A stretch of 64,000 nucleotides of DNA from Macrostomum lignano (lineage: Eukaryota), in the NCBI GenBank assembly GCA_002269645.1, contig NIVC01002250.1, positions 62,001 to 126,000 on the forward strand, written 5' to 3'. Below the pieces are notes generated by a model that saw nothing but the letters and a program-made list of their open reading frames with translations, did not search any database and was not told the origin of the DNA. Shown piece after piece: positions 38,501-52,082 of the stretch. The stretch's first letter is position 1; the number at the start of each line of letters is the position of its first letter. A program made the translations under genes and the position numbers.

Positions 38501-41319
38501 ATAAAGAAAGAACAATTATATATTGACCCTAGCCTAATCTTACTAATTCTTTTAATACTATTATATTATTATTAGTTAATAGTACATATTAGGCCTAAAC
38601 TTTTTTATTTATTCAATTTTGTTATCTATTATTTATTATGTTGCTTTACAAATATGCTTTCTAGGAAATGTTCATTTATTTTTTATATACATGAAATATA
38701 AATTATTTTATCTGCATATATACAAATATACCAATTGAATCCAGGTAAACTTATCAACTTTTTATTCATAAACTATGAGTATGTTGACAAGTTTACCACA
38801 GTTTGCACAGTGTATAACTAATGTGTAGTATAATGAAGTGTATAGAAGTAAAAGATGCAAATAAAAGCAAAATCAATAAAGTTTAAATTTATATGTGTAT
38901 AAAAAAATAATATTTAACATTTTTTGTTAAATTAAAATAAGTAAAACTGATTGACATTGAAATTTATTATGATTAATGGGATCCTAACCACAGACTAATT
39001 GCTGTCACCCCCCTAGTTGTTGACATGAAAGATTCTTGGTTTCATTGTTTTCTTAATTTTATTGTATCTTGTATTCTATCATATTTGTACATTGCAGACT
39101 GCTAGGTAGTTTTTTTTATTAGAGGCAAGGGGGTTGTGTGCACCCTGGCGCACTTTAAGCGACATAGGCACACAACCGGCGAAAGGCATTACTGCCCATT
39201 CTGCCAACTCCCTTGAGCAGGCATACAAGCGTGCGGATACATATGCAGGCACACACTCACACAGGAGTATACAGCGGCCCTAACTTTATTTTATCGTTAG
39301 GCATGTACACTTCACTGTGCCTTGGGGGGTTGGCTCTCAAGGCCGTTAATTGCATGAGCAAAGCCAAGCCGAGATTCCAATTCAGCCCCAAATTAATGTG
39401 ACTGCACTTGGAATCGAGCCTGGGTTGCTGGCACACCAGAGCAGCTGTGCTACCGCTGGGCTACGGCCCCCCTGACTGCTAGGTAGTGTGCACTATTATC
39501 TTTTTTCTGTCAATCTGGCAGACATTTTAGCAATAGAAGATCCAATGATCTGGCAACAGTAAAGTAAGGTCCTATGCCTAAAAACTAGCATTATAATGAT
39601 ATGGCTTGGTTCATTGGTTTTATGAATCTATTTTGTGTCTGTCTATTGAAACAGCTGTATATACTATATAATGATAACAAATTTATAAACAAATAACAAA
39701 TATAACAAATATATTTGAAAATTTCTATTAAAAGATTGATATATTTAGAAAAATAAATCAAACTAATTTTAATGGTTTTTTCAGTGTAGATTATTTTGAA
39801 TTGTCCTAGAATAATTACACATTTAAACTATAAACCTATATAGAATCTTTATTCCTCATGAAATGATAACCACATAAAAAGCAAAGATATTCAATAGACA
39901 TTAAATTTGGATTGGAAAACATAAATTCAAAATACTGTAACTCTGTAATTATAAATATAAACAAAATAAAGCAACATTTAGGGCCTAACCATTTCAGAAT
40001 ATTATAAAATTTTAAGTTTAATATCCTTTAAGATTTGCAAGGTAATTTTCTATTTAAAACAAAATGGCTATTACTAAAAGGGCTAAGGAAAAATTAAAAA
40101 ATTGCACCTTGAAATTGAGAAGTGGGTGCAGTTTAAATGCAATTTCATAACCTATTTTTCCTTTAAAGCCTTATTTCCATTGCCTTTATTGCTTTAAACA
40201 ATAAAAAAAGAAATTGCACTTTGAGCTTTAAACTTGCACCCTGAAAGTGAGCATAAAGTGCAATTTTCTAACTCTAGCAAGAAATAGCAAGAAAAAAAAC
40301 CCTAGTAGAAATTGTCTACATCCATATTGCCACTATAGGGCCTACTATAATATTATTTTATAAATATCCTTACTTAAATTATTTATAACTTTTATAATAG
40401 TAGATAAAATATAAATACTATAATTAAATAGTATAATAGGCAATAACATACTACTTAATATTGACTGGTCTACTTGACTCAAGAAGTGGCACAACCAGGG
40501 GGTGTCGGTAGTCGCCTCACACTTTGGATCATGTAGGCCCTAGTATATGCCCAAAAATTCAGGCCTTGCACACCAAAATTAGGCGTGCACAGTTGGCGTG
40601 CATCGCTCCTGAGAAGATAGTATGCATGCACACCTGGTATGCACTTTATAAAATTACATGTAAGAGTTATTGTGAAGTAGAAAAAAGATGAAAAAGTTCA
40701 TTTTTAAGCTCAAATTTCAAGCTTTCCAGTTTTTTCAAGCTTGTAAAAGGGCATTTAAACAAATCTTTGCATGTATAAATTTTTTTGCTATAAATAGTAT
40801 TGCCAAAAAAGCATAAAAAGCAACCAAATTACCTGGTAATAAGGGTCTATTACACAATTTAAGTCGCCCCCCCTCCTAGGTGGAGACCAGAAAAAAATCA
40901 AAGGCGGGTTGCAAGCGAATTTTCGCCAAAATACAGAGCTGCATTCCCACCGCCCCTCCTTGGGTCCTTACCCTCCAGAATCCCCCCAACAAATTTCTGG
41001 TTGCGCTACTGGACCCAAGCTTGGCTCGTAAAAAACCTAGGCAATTATAGACAACATAGACAACAATGAAATTTACCTTAGGATCCTGATCATAGTAGAA
41101 CTGCTGAGTTCTAATCCACCGACTGACAAGATGATCCCAAACGGTGTGGGCCAATGAAAGGTAAAAGTCTCTCGGTGTAGCAACATTGCGATCTTTAACC
41201 AACGTGAAATGAAGGTGTCGGTTGAATGTCTTCTTAATATTCGCTACATTTTCTACCTCAGCAATGCCACGTACACTTATGGCACCCTTTCTTTTATCAG
41301 AGTCCGTCAGAGGGTTCAT
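29552..41319 (-). CDS. PYG: Glycogen phosphorylase (GT35); 5 exons, 863 aa
   Basis: Exons 41319-41077, 36761-36304, 34212-33210, 32352-31675 and 29761-29552 total 2592 nt with consistent phases (0, 2, 0, 0). Motifs: [62 protein letters not shown] (PLP lysine), GKFSSDRTI. Confidence 0.98.
30810..31648. repeat. Intronic 21/26-bp minisatellite (TCATGAAGGGGTACTCAATGA[TCATG]) in PYG intron 4
   Basis: Unit read directly. Confidence 0.95.
32430..33055. repeat. Intronic 31-bp minisatellite (TATGGCTTCTATGGGAATTTCTATGATTGAT) grading into a 30-bp GC-richer variant, in PYG intron 3
   Basis: Unit read directly; the variant GGAATTTCTGGGATCGACTAGGGCTTCAGT occurs at ~32940-33055. Confidence 0.95.
34329..36235. 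repeat. Intronic 32-bp minisatellite (GAATTGATCAGATATAGTCAAGGAACCAAGGG), two blocks split by a duplicated exon fragment, in PYG intron 2
   Basis: Blocks at ~34329-35155 and ~35329-36235. Confidence 0.96.
35157..35330 (-). pseudogene. Duplicated PYG exon-3 acceptor plus first ~56 coding nt and flanking intron (pseudo-exon)
   Basis: Near-identical to 34157-34330 at an offset of exactly 1000 bp, with about 3 differences. The reading frame runs into the repeat and stops (CAG AAC TAT ATC TGA). Confidence 0.9.
37759..37914. mobile_element. ~155-bp fold-back palindrome (MITE-like) in PYG intron 1
   Basis: CAACC...ATCACCCAGCCATTTCTATTGGCAACACATACATGCAAGTTGCTATT pairs with AATAGCAACTTACATGTATGTGTTACCAATAGAAATGGCTGAGTGAAT...GGTTG. 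Confidence 0.7.
38051..38472. mobile_element. ~420-bp imperfect fold-back element (MITE-like) in PYG intron 1
   Basis: Arms AGGGACTATCAACTTAAGCTCATAAAGTGG / CCACTTTATGAACTTAAGTTGATGAGCCCT, plus inner arms ...GGTGAAACAAGCAAGG...TAGGGACTTTTTAT / ATAAAAAAGTCCCTA...CCTTGCTTGTTTCACC. Loop at ~38228-38240. Confidence 0.75.
39111..39473 (-). mobile_element. tRNA-derived SINE, ~363 bp, full length with TSD
   Basis: Minus-strand head GGGGCCGTAGCCCAGCGG (A box) ... GGCTCGATTCC (B box). 3' tail AATAAAAAAA. 14-bp direct repeat GACTGCTAGGTAGT at 39097-39110 and 39474-39487. Confidence 0.9.
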
Positions 41320-42004
41320 GACAATTAATAATCTGATAGTCGCCAAACAGGTCAAACGATAAAAAACAATTGCAAGCGACTGGGGTTAAGCCTTAAATTT
41401 TCTATTATTCTGTTTGTTAAATGTGCGCGTTTTTAGTTTCCTTTGAACGTTTTAAACCCTAGAAAATTTAAAACAAAGTTTTCACACTTATGTAGAGTCG
41501 TTTAAAAATAAGGTACAATTAAGAAAAAATAATTTACGTGTTTATTTTACTAAAAATTAATTCTAAGTTTATCTTTAATACGATTAAAAGATGCTTTTCA
41601 CGAAGATTTTACCCTCTAGGCCGGAAAATCAATTAGAAATGCAACGCATCAGTCGATCTACTACTGCTCTCTGTTTTTAGTATACTTTATTTGGTATACT
41701 AAAACTGATTATGGGATAGGAAATAATCCTTTTGAAACACTTCAAATTCTAGAGTTTATTAAAAACGAGCAGAAGTAATCAATAAAAGACTCTACTGGTC
41801 GAGTAAGTGTATGAGATGACCTTTATTAGCTTGCAGTATAAGCAATTTTAGACCGATCCACAGCTAACTTTCGGCGCTACCTGACCCGGTGGCCGCCTTT
41901 GGTAGAGATACTGTACACTGACAACTTGACACCGGCTATTTCTTTCGCCGGCTTCATTCGGAACAGTGCCCTACTAGAGGTGAAAGGGATTCTTGAAGCC
42001 CTCA

Positions 42005-43225
42005 ATATATATATATAGGGTTCAAGGCCGCGCTTGTCAAGCTATCATGAGCGCGACTCCTTCTTACGCCTTTTGCTGGCATACTTATTCCTGGACTTTC
42101 CCCCGGCCTCTGTCAGAGGAGGCCCACCCCGCCGTCTCTCTCGGATCTCTATTATTATTTTTTTAACAGACGCTGGCACAGCAGGGGTCCAGCGAAGCAC
42201 CCGCTTGTGGAAAACAGCTGAGTCCAGCCCAGTTGCAGACTGAGGGGTAAAGCCCAGAGCCTGCAAGTCAGTGAGAAAAGTGTCGGTCAGAGTGATGCAG
42301 CGCTCCTGGCCCCGGCGGCGTCTCCCACAAGGTCGCAGGTCGGCAAGCGGGGGCCCGGTGCCCCGTGTGTAGGCTCGCAGGCAGTGGCCGATCAACATCT
42401 GGCGTCGCCTCTGCAGGGTGCGGCCCAGGGGAGGCACGCGCGCGGGTCCGGGCCGCCAGCTCGGCGTTGCTCACGCGCTCGGGGAACCAGATGCCCAGGG
42501 CATTGCGCAGGAGGCAGGCCTCCAAGCTCGCCTCACGAGTGGCAGTCATGGGAACAGCTTCCAGCTCATATAGGTCAGCACCGTCTCAACTGCCGAGCGG
42601 AAGAGGGCGACCTTCAGGCTGTCGGTGGCGAGCCGGCAGTTGAAGATGGAGCGGAGAAGGTGGGAGGCCCGCCACGCCAGCTACTTGCGGCTGTTGACAA
42701 TGGCATCCGGGTCAGTGACCAGGACGCCCAGATACTTGAACTGGTTGCACGGTGCGATGGATTTGCCGTCCTGTCGAAGCAGCGGTGGAAATTTGGCAAT
42801 GCCAACATGCAGCACCTCTGTCTTGCCGTAGTTGATGTGGAGCCCCACGTGCTTTCCCGAATCGGCGCCCTCTGCGCAGCTTCGGGGTTGCAGCAGGTCA
42901 GCGCCAAGTTGTCGGCGTAGGCGAGGCGGGTCAGCTTGACACAGGGAAAGTGGGAGCTGCGGCGAGGCACCATTTTATAGCTGTCTTCGTCGCGCAGAGC
43001 CAGCCGCATGACGTAGTCGATCAGGATAACGAATAGAAACGGTGATAGGGTGTCACCTTGCAGGACCCCGGAGGTGGTGGCATATTCAGATGTAGGGCCG
43101 TGGTCAGTCTGGACAAAAGCCTTGGACGAGCTGTAGAAGTCCATGATCGCCTGAACCAGCAGCTGAGGAACTCCATGCTGCTGGATGCCAGGCAATGGCC
43201 GCCCGGCTGACGGAGGATCTGCAAA
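42005..43225 (-). mobile_element. 5'-truncated, degenerate RTE-type non-LTR retrotransposon (RT plus C-terminal region)
   Basis: QHGVP...GVLQGDTLSPFLF...LAYADN (YADD mutated), then in shifted frames GLHINYGKTEVL...FKYLG, RVSNAELAART and QRRRQMLIGHCLR. (TA)n at ~42005-42016. Confidence 0.85.
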
Positions 43226-43291
43226 ACTTTTCTGTAAAGGATCTCTCTTGCAAGTTGTAAAACTCATTCTACACCACACGGGGGCATACAG

Positions 43292-43662
43292 CAGGGGCGT
43301 AGCCAGGAATTTTGATTGGGGGGGGGCGTGAGTTAGGGGGCGCCAGCTTCTTATAGGGGGGCGCCAGCTTCTTATAGGGGCGCCAGTTTTTTTTAGGGGG
43401 GGGCGCCAGCTTCTTATAGGGGGGCGCCAGTTTCTTTTAGGGGGGGGGGCGCCAGTTTCTTTTAGGGGGGGCGCCAGTTTCTTATAGGGGGGGCGCCAGT
43501 TTCTTTTAGGGGGGGGCGCCAGTTTCTTTTAGGAGGGGCCGGGGCACCAGTTTCTTTTAGGGGGGGGGGGGCGCCAGTTTCTTTTAGGGGGGGGCGCCAA
43601 GGCCAGAGTTGGTGATTGGGGGGCCACGGCCCCCCTTGCCCCCCCCTCTGGCTACGCCCCTG
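43292..43662. mobile_element. Non-autonomous hAT-type MITE, 371 bp, with internal G-rich tandem repeats
   Basis: 15-bp TIRs CAGGGGCGTAGCCAG / CTGGCTACGCCCCTG. 8-bp TSD GCATACAG at 43284-43291 and 43663-43670. About 10 internal GGGGGCGCCAGTTTCTTTTA units. Confidence 0.92.
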
Positions 43663-44690
43663 GCATACAGGATTACTCTGAGCGATCCTGTCACCACAAA
43701 AGTAATGCTAACATCGTTTATTTAGTTTTTCAAACCTAGCAGCAACGTTCGAATTGCAATGTTTGATTCAGAAAATTCCTTAATCCAGGAGAAGTTGCTT
43801 AGTGGCGCAAAATTTGGCTACTTTTGCAAATGTTACTCAGTATACGTATATATTCTGTGGTTTCGAAGTTAAAAATGACTCAATCTGCAGACGAGCATTT
43901 TAAGTGTAATAAGTTGCTTTTACCTAATATAGTGCTTTCTGTATAATTAATTCTCTTGATACCGTTAGAACAATTGAGCGTTAGAAGAATTAAGCAGAAA
44001 ATTATAGAATATGTTTCATACATCGTCATATTCATACAAAAATACACAAAGGGCTTGTTTAACCGGAGTTGGAATGCTATAGGCAGGCATAATTCATCTG
44101 TTCCCAAAATAGAAATTTGGGTGTACTGCACAACTATCACATAGAAATTTAGAATACATGTACATTACCGGTACGTGCATACAGCTAACCCACTGTTTAT
44201 GTGTCCCGTGACTTGGTCTTTACTAGAGAAAAAATGTCTCTCCTTCTCTCTAGTTCTCTCCGGAGACGTGTACTCTCGTCTCCATTCACGAAATGGCAGG
44301 CAAGATAGGAGAGAAGTAGAAGGAGAGAGAGGGCTCCACACAGCAGTGCGTCGACACAAACGTATACACCCACACAACTGTACACCCGCACTACAGGTCT
44401 GCAAACCCAAATCTTTTATAGGCAGGCTTCACAGGAGTCTCAAGCTTAACTAAATTATCATTTTTAGCAAGCTGTTGTTTTGTAATAGAATTATTTATTA
44501 AACCCCAGCTATTTTGTCACTTTTAGCTCCTTTCAGCTCCTTACTTTACTTGCGGCAATGGCGTCGTGTAAGTAGCTCTTTTGTCTTCGTGAATCATTCA
44601 TGATTAGGACACAAAAATGACTATGAAAGTTCTCCAACACGTGTAGTTTCAGCATCCAAAAAGAAACTGGAGTCGCAGGTGTCCCTGGAC

Positions 44691-45710
44691 ATGCGCGAGA
44701 ATGACTCAAAACAACTACTGGCCTTCCTGAATTGCGCCAAGTGCCGCGACTTGGCATGCGACGCTGTTGAGACCCATTGCTGCAGAGTGCTGCTCTGTGC
44801 TAAATGCCTTGAACAGCGAGCTAGCCAGTGCCCGAAGTGCTCGGAACCATGCAGCGCCTCGCCGTGCCACCTGGCCAGACGCCTGATCGGCATGCAGCCA
44901 TGGTGCTGCTCTGAATGCGGCAAGGAGACGAACCGGTCTGAGCAGACCGACCACCTGCTGATCTGTCCGCAGCGGGTCCGGTCGTGTCCAGCCAGCGGAT
45001 GCAGCTTCACCGGCCTCACTGACTCGTTCATTGATCATCTTATCCAAGAGCACAAAGATGCCCTGATGAAAGAAGTCGACAAGCTGTTCCCACCAGTTAA
45101 GAGGCAAAGGCGTTCTTCTGACTCAAGCGAGTCTAGCAACGACTCTGATAGCAGCAGGCGCCGTGCGATGGTCTTGCGCTACCAACGGTACAGAGAAAGA
45201 ATGCACGATTCCGCTATTCGGGAGCGCTCGCGCGTCCGTTTAGCTGTCACTGGCAAAAACTACTGCACGGGACCGCTCAACGGACCGCCTTGCAACTGTT
45301 GCGACGGCAGGTGCGGGCCAGACAATGGATGCAACTGTGTAGACTGCATGCGTCTCGACCTTGCTAGCTTCAACATCAGCAGACCGCTAACGCTGATTAA
45401 TCGAGAGGGCGCCGTGGCGCGAATCAGCTTACAGGCCGCCAAGTTCTACTGCGGCCGAGCTGTGATGGGCAGCGACCCGAGAACTGACGGATTCTGCGGG
45501 CCCAACGACGGCAACAACTGTCACGCCTGTTACAAGCTGGATCAGCAGCTGCGCAATCGTTACGCCGACATTGCCGCAGAGTGGGACCTAGATGGACTCG
45601 GTGTGAGAGACATCATTGACATGACCGAAACGAACGAAGACGACGACGACGAGTACGATTTTGATGACGACGACGGCCTGGTCGCAATGGGTCTTGACGT
45701 CATCGATTGA
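44691..45710 (+). CDS. Intronless RING + TRAF/SINA-type zinc finger + twin Cys-rich repeat protein with acidic tail (putative E3 ligase), 339 aa
   Basis: RING-like CAKC...THCCRVLLCAKC...CPKC. Finger CSECG...HLLICPQRVRSCPASGC...HLIQEH. Repeats YCTG...CNCCDGRCGPDNGCNCVDCMRLD and FYCGR...DGFCGPNDGNNCHACYKLD. First ATG at 44691; the frame is open a little further upstream. Confidence 0.85.
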   Translation: MRENDSKQLLAFLNCAKCRDLACDAVETHCCRVLLCAKCLEQRASQCPKCSEPCSASPCHLARRLIGMQPWCCSECGKETNRSEQTDHLLICPQRVRSCPASGCSFTGLTDSFIDHLIQEHKDALMKEVDKLFPPVKRQRRSSDSSESSNDSDSSRRRAMVLRYQRYRERMHDSAIRERSRVRLAVTGKNYCTGPLNGPPCNCCDGRCGPDNGCNCVDCMRLDLASFNISRPLTLINREGAVARISLQAAKFYCGRAVMGSDPRTDGFCGPNDGNNCHACYKLDQQLRNRYADIAAEWDLDGLGVRDIIDMTETNEDDDDEYDFDDDDGLVAMGLDVID

Positions 45711-46759
45711 GAAAGAGGAGTGAAGTTCTCCAACTTGTAGTACCTCTTTGAGTTAATTTTTTAAAAGAATGCCTGACGCGGTCGCTCCTAAAGATTAAAC
45801 AAATCTGGCTGGTTTTTTCAAGTTTTTAATTCACAAAACTTTTCCTAATTATGCTGGATCGGCATGCTAATGTAATACACTCAGAATGACGCGATTGATG
45901 TACATATGAAGATCAAGTCTGGTGCGTCGTTGCCCACCCAATATTCGGATTCTTCCAGTTTGTTATTATAAACCAGAATAATATATATCTTATATACACT
46001 ATCATGATGAAGAAAGATACCGCAAGATTCGCTGGTTTCGGGGTAAAAACGTAAATATTTTTTTCGGGATAAAAAGTATCGTTCATTGTTTCTTCTTTTC
46101 CCCCACCATTGTATGTTAAAACAACCGTGGTAACTTTTTATCTTCAATAAAATCTTCCAAAACGTCTAATTAAAGCTTTGCTGACCAACTTAAATATATT
46201 TTGACAGCAACATAAATTTTGTTTAAGCAAACGATGTAGCGTTGTTGCGAGCGGCGTTATTGGCAGTTAGATCGGGCGGTGAATGACCAGAGATACTACT
46301 AAAAGTAGGACTTTCAGACACTAGCAATTTCTGAAATGCAAGGCCCAATGGCCCAATGGGAGTTTCTGAGACGCCATGGGTTTCAATGGAAACGAATGAA
46401 TCGTAGTTGCTGAGATGTCAACAATAGAAAATGGATATGAACTTAAGAGTCAAAATGGAGCCTGAAGCATTGGGTCCCGATTTCTCTAGCCAATCCCTTC
46501 ATTTGGAGCCAAATAGCTCCCGTTATGCCGAAAACCCGACCACTTTAGCATTTGGGGATCTCTATGGGGATAAATGGGATAAATAGGGGTTTCATGTGAA
46601 CTTAAGGCTTCAGAATGGAGCCTGAGGCGTTGGGTCCCGTTTCTCTACGCCAATCCCTTCATTTGGAGCTTCTCGTAATGCTTAAATGACGAGATGTCCA
46701 TGATGACCAGATGACCAGAGCGTTAGCATAGTACTCAGAACCATCAGTCCCAGGACGAC

Positions 46760-48540
46760 CACACCACAGCCTGTGCTGAAGCGGCCCCTGAAGCGGCCCC
46801 TGCCGCGGGGCATCCGCACGCCGAACCCAGTGGCCCGCCGCCGGCAACGTCAGACGCCCCGACTATGGATCCTCCCGTCTCATCCCCGATCACTGCCTCG
46901 TCATCTGCTGCACCTCTCATCGACGTCTTCCACGACTGCGATGATGCAGCAGAATCAGTTGCTCATACAACAGCTCACCGCTAATACCCATCCTGCCCCG
47001 ACATCAGCATCGTCGTCCGCTGCGACTGAGCGCGATCCAGCCGCTCTCATCCGATCCAATGTCCTTCAGATGTCCGACATTCGACGGCACGTACCCTGCC
47101 GCATTCTCCAGGTTTTGGGACGCTTTCCTCTACAGCGTCGACCAATCCAGTCTCAACAACGTCGACAAGTTCGAGGCACTCCGCGGTCTCCTATCCGGCC
47201 CCGCCCTCAGAAAGCTATGCGCCCTCGACACCTGCGAACCCAACGCCTACGCCGAGGCCTGCCGCGTCCTCCAGGCAAACTACGCCGACGCCCAGGAGCA
47301 GAAGAACACCTGCTTCCAATGCCTCCTCGCACTATTCTGCTGCTCCGCCTCCGATTTAGACGAGCTCGAGATCTCCGCCGCCAACAGCGCCCTACCCAGT
47401 GATCGAAGCCAGTCCACCACTTCTCGCGCGGGCGCCAACCCATCGACTCGTCCCTCAGAATGCTTCGCTCACACCTCCAACCAGCAGCTGCATAAGCCCA
47501 GACGCCCATCCTACTGTATATTGCGACAGCTCCGACCATGCCACCATGTCTGCTGCAACATTCGCAAGCCCGATGACCGGCTTAAAATAGTTCGGAACAA
47601 GAACCTTTGCCGCAACTGCCTTCGCCGACACCACACCAGGGACTGCCGCGACAACCGGTGCTGTCTACGTGCGATGCCCCACACCAAGCTCACCTAAGAA
47701 AGGCCAAACGCCCACGTTAATTCAGGTGTTGACGCTGACTCCAAAGAGGCAGCCAACTCCCTAGTCTCTGCCGCAGCCTACGGAGACCTCGTGCCGATCA
47801 TCATGGCTGCCTTCCGGGCCGCTCGGTCGACTGCACAATTCTTCTCGACTCAGGCTGCTCATACTCGCAACTCGACGGCAGTCCAGGCGTCAGATTACTG
47901 CGGATCTCGGCCGTCGCTGAACAATCACAGCCCTTACCTCCGACTAGCTAGCAGCCCCTATCCATATACCGGCCGTTAAGCTCCCTGAAGATGTCCTTAA
48001 CACCCTCGACAGTGTCAACAACGGCGTCTGCAACCTTCCACCCAACCACGATACAGACGGTACCCTCGACCGCATTCTCGGTGGCGACTTGAACCAGTTA
48101 CTCATCAGCCCTGTCGTTCCTGCCCTCGCTTTTTGACCGACTCTACCGGCCTACCTGACGCCCTTCGGAGCCATCCTCAACGGTGCTGTCACTGACACGG
48201 GTACCCGCAGCATCAATAGCTTCCTCGGATCCTCGCAGGCCTCTCAGGTCCTCGTCGCTAACACCTACCTCAAAATCAACAACGATAACCTTCGCTTCAA
48301 GCGGCTCCCCGATCGCATGACTGACCTCAAGTGCTCGGCATCGCGAAGGACGCTGGAAAAACATGGCCTCAAAGACGACGAGCTGACGACGCCTTCTCGC
48401 GTCCATTACCAGTGACTCCGATTGCCACCTCTCCGTCTACCTGCCATTCAAAGACGGCAATGCACTTCTTCCATCAAACTTCGGCCAGGCCTTTTGGCCT
48501 TTCCTCAGGCTACTCACCGACGTCGTATGAGCCTTCCCGA
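46760..48540 (+). mobile_element. Degenerate BEL/Pao LTR retrotransposon remnant (gag, protease, start of pol)
   Basis: DUF1759-like PTFDG...FWDAF...NVDKFEALRGLLSGPA. Cys-His knuckle LCRNCLRRHHTRDC. Protease TILLDSGCSY (~47840), then DRILGGD and TPFGAILNG. Frameshifts and stops throughout; no LTR identified. Confidence 0.85.
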
Positions 48541-49097
48541 GCGCGACTAGAGGGTCCTGAAAAAAACACAATGAAAAAAATTAAACTCAAAATAACGCAG
48601 GCCAAGGTTTCAAAACACAGCAGTTTTTTTTAAATTGAATCATGAAATCAACATTTGTCTACGGTTAAAATGTACAATTTTAATATGGCCAAACGGGTAT
48701 AAATAGATTATAGTTCCGTTTATTTTAGTCTATAGTCTGAAGCATAAGCTTCAGTCAAGATCGAGTCCTCTCTTCTTTTGCTTCAGACCAAAGAAATAAA
48801 TAACCGGTAATAACCTATAATATATATTTACATATATACAGAATTCTGTATTTTCAGAATTCTGTATTTCCGAAGCCAGCACAAGCCAGCACGCACAGGT
48901 ACGAATACAATTAGTAGTGCGACTGCCCCACAGACTCTGGCGGAATCCAACAACACCTTGTTTGGTAACTGCACACACGCTATGCTGCTGTTTTACAAGT
49001 GGCTCGCATAATAACGCATTTCTATATTCCATTGACAAGGCAGGAGTTTGAGTTTCTCCTATATTTACAGCTCTTGCATGCATGCATAGTTAGTTAG

Positions 49098-51458
<2,361 letters not shown>

Positions 51459-52082
51459 GAAATCGCTAAAATGCTTGGAAGAAAAAAATGATCTCGGCTG
51501 ACTGACCAGAGTAACGAAATCTATACAACCTTAGCAGAGACTTTTTTCCTTGAGTTTTTTCACGAGCTTAAAAGAAATAGATTTATGACAATTAGCTCGT
51601 AGCTCGTAGCCCGCATTGGGCGAGAAACTTGTACTGCTTGAGTATGACGTGAGATAATTGACTAGGAAAAGTTTTTAGTGTCTGCATGTGTGACGAAATT
51701 GCAAATTGTACTCTAGCTTAAGCTTTAGGCAACTTACCTAAGTTGCCGCTACGCTCGTACATGTAATTTCTGTCAATTTCCAAAGATCAATTTCCAACTC
51801 ACTTGTCCTACTAGTGAATCAGAATTTACCGAGGCCCCCAAGGGGGGAAACGAATGTGCTAGTCCTCGTATACTAAATGATAATAGTAATAATGATGAAG
51901 TTCTTGCAACAACAATAAATAAAAGGTCAAAAAACAGGGTTGGGAGGTCCCTCAATAGTGGGAATGCTAAAACTTACCTTATTCGAAACTGCGATATTGT
52001 GAGATTGAAAAATATTGCCAGCTCCGTAATGCTATCTGTATCTGATGTGTTTCTGTTGTATTTTCGCCGCCTGACAGGCACC

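Noticed and set aside
39400-39473. Functional tRNA gene
   Set aside because: The anticodon arm is degenerate, and it is the head of a TSD-flanked SINE with an A-rich tail.
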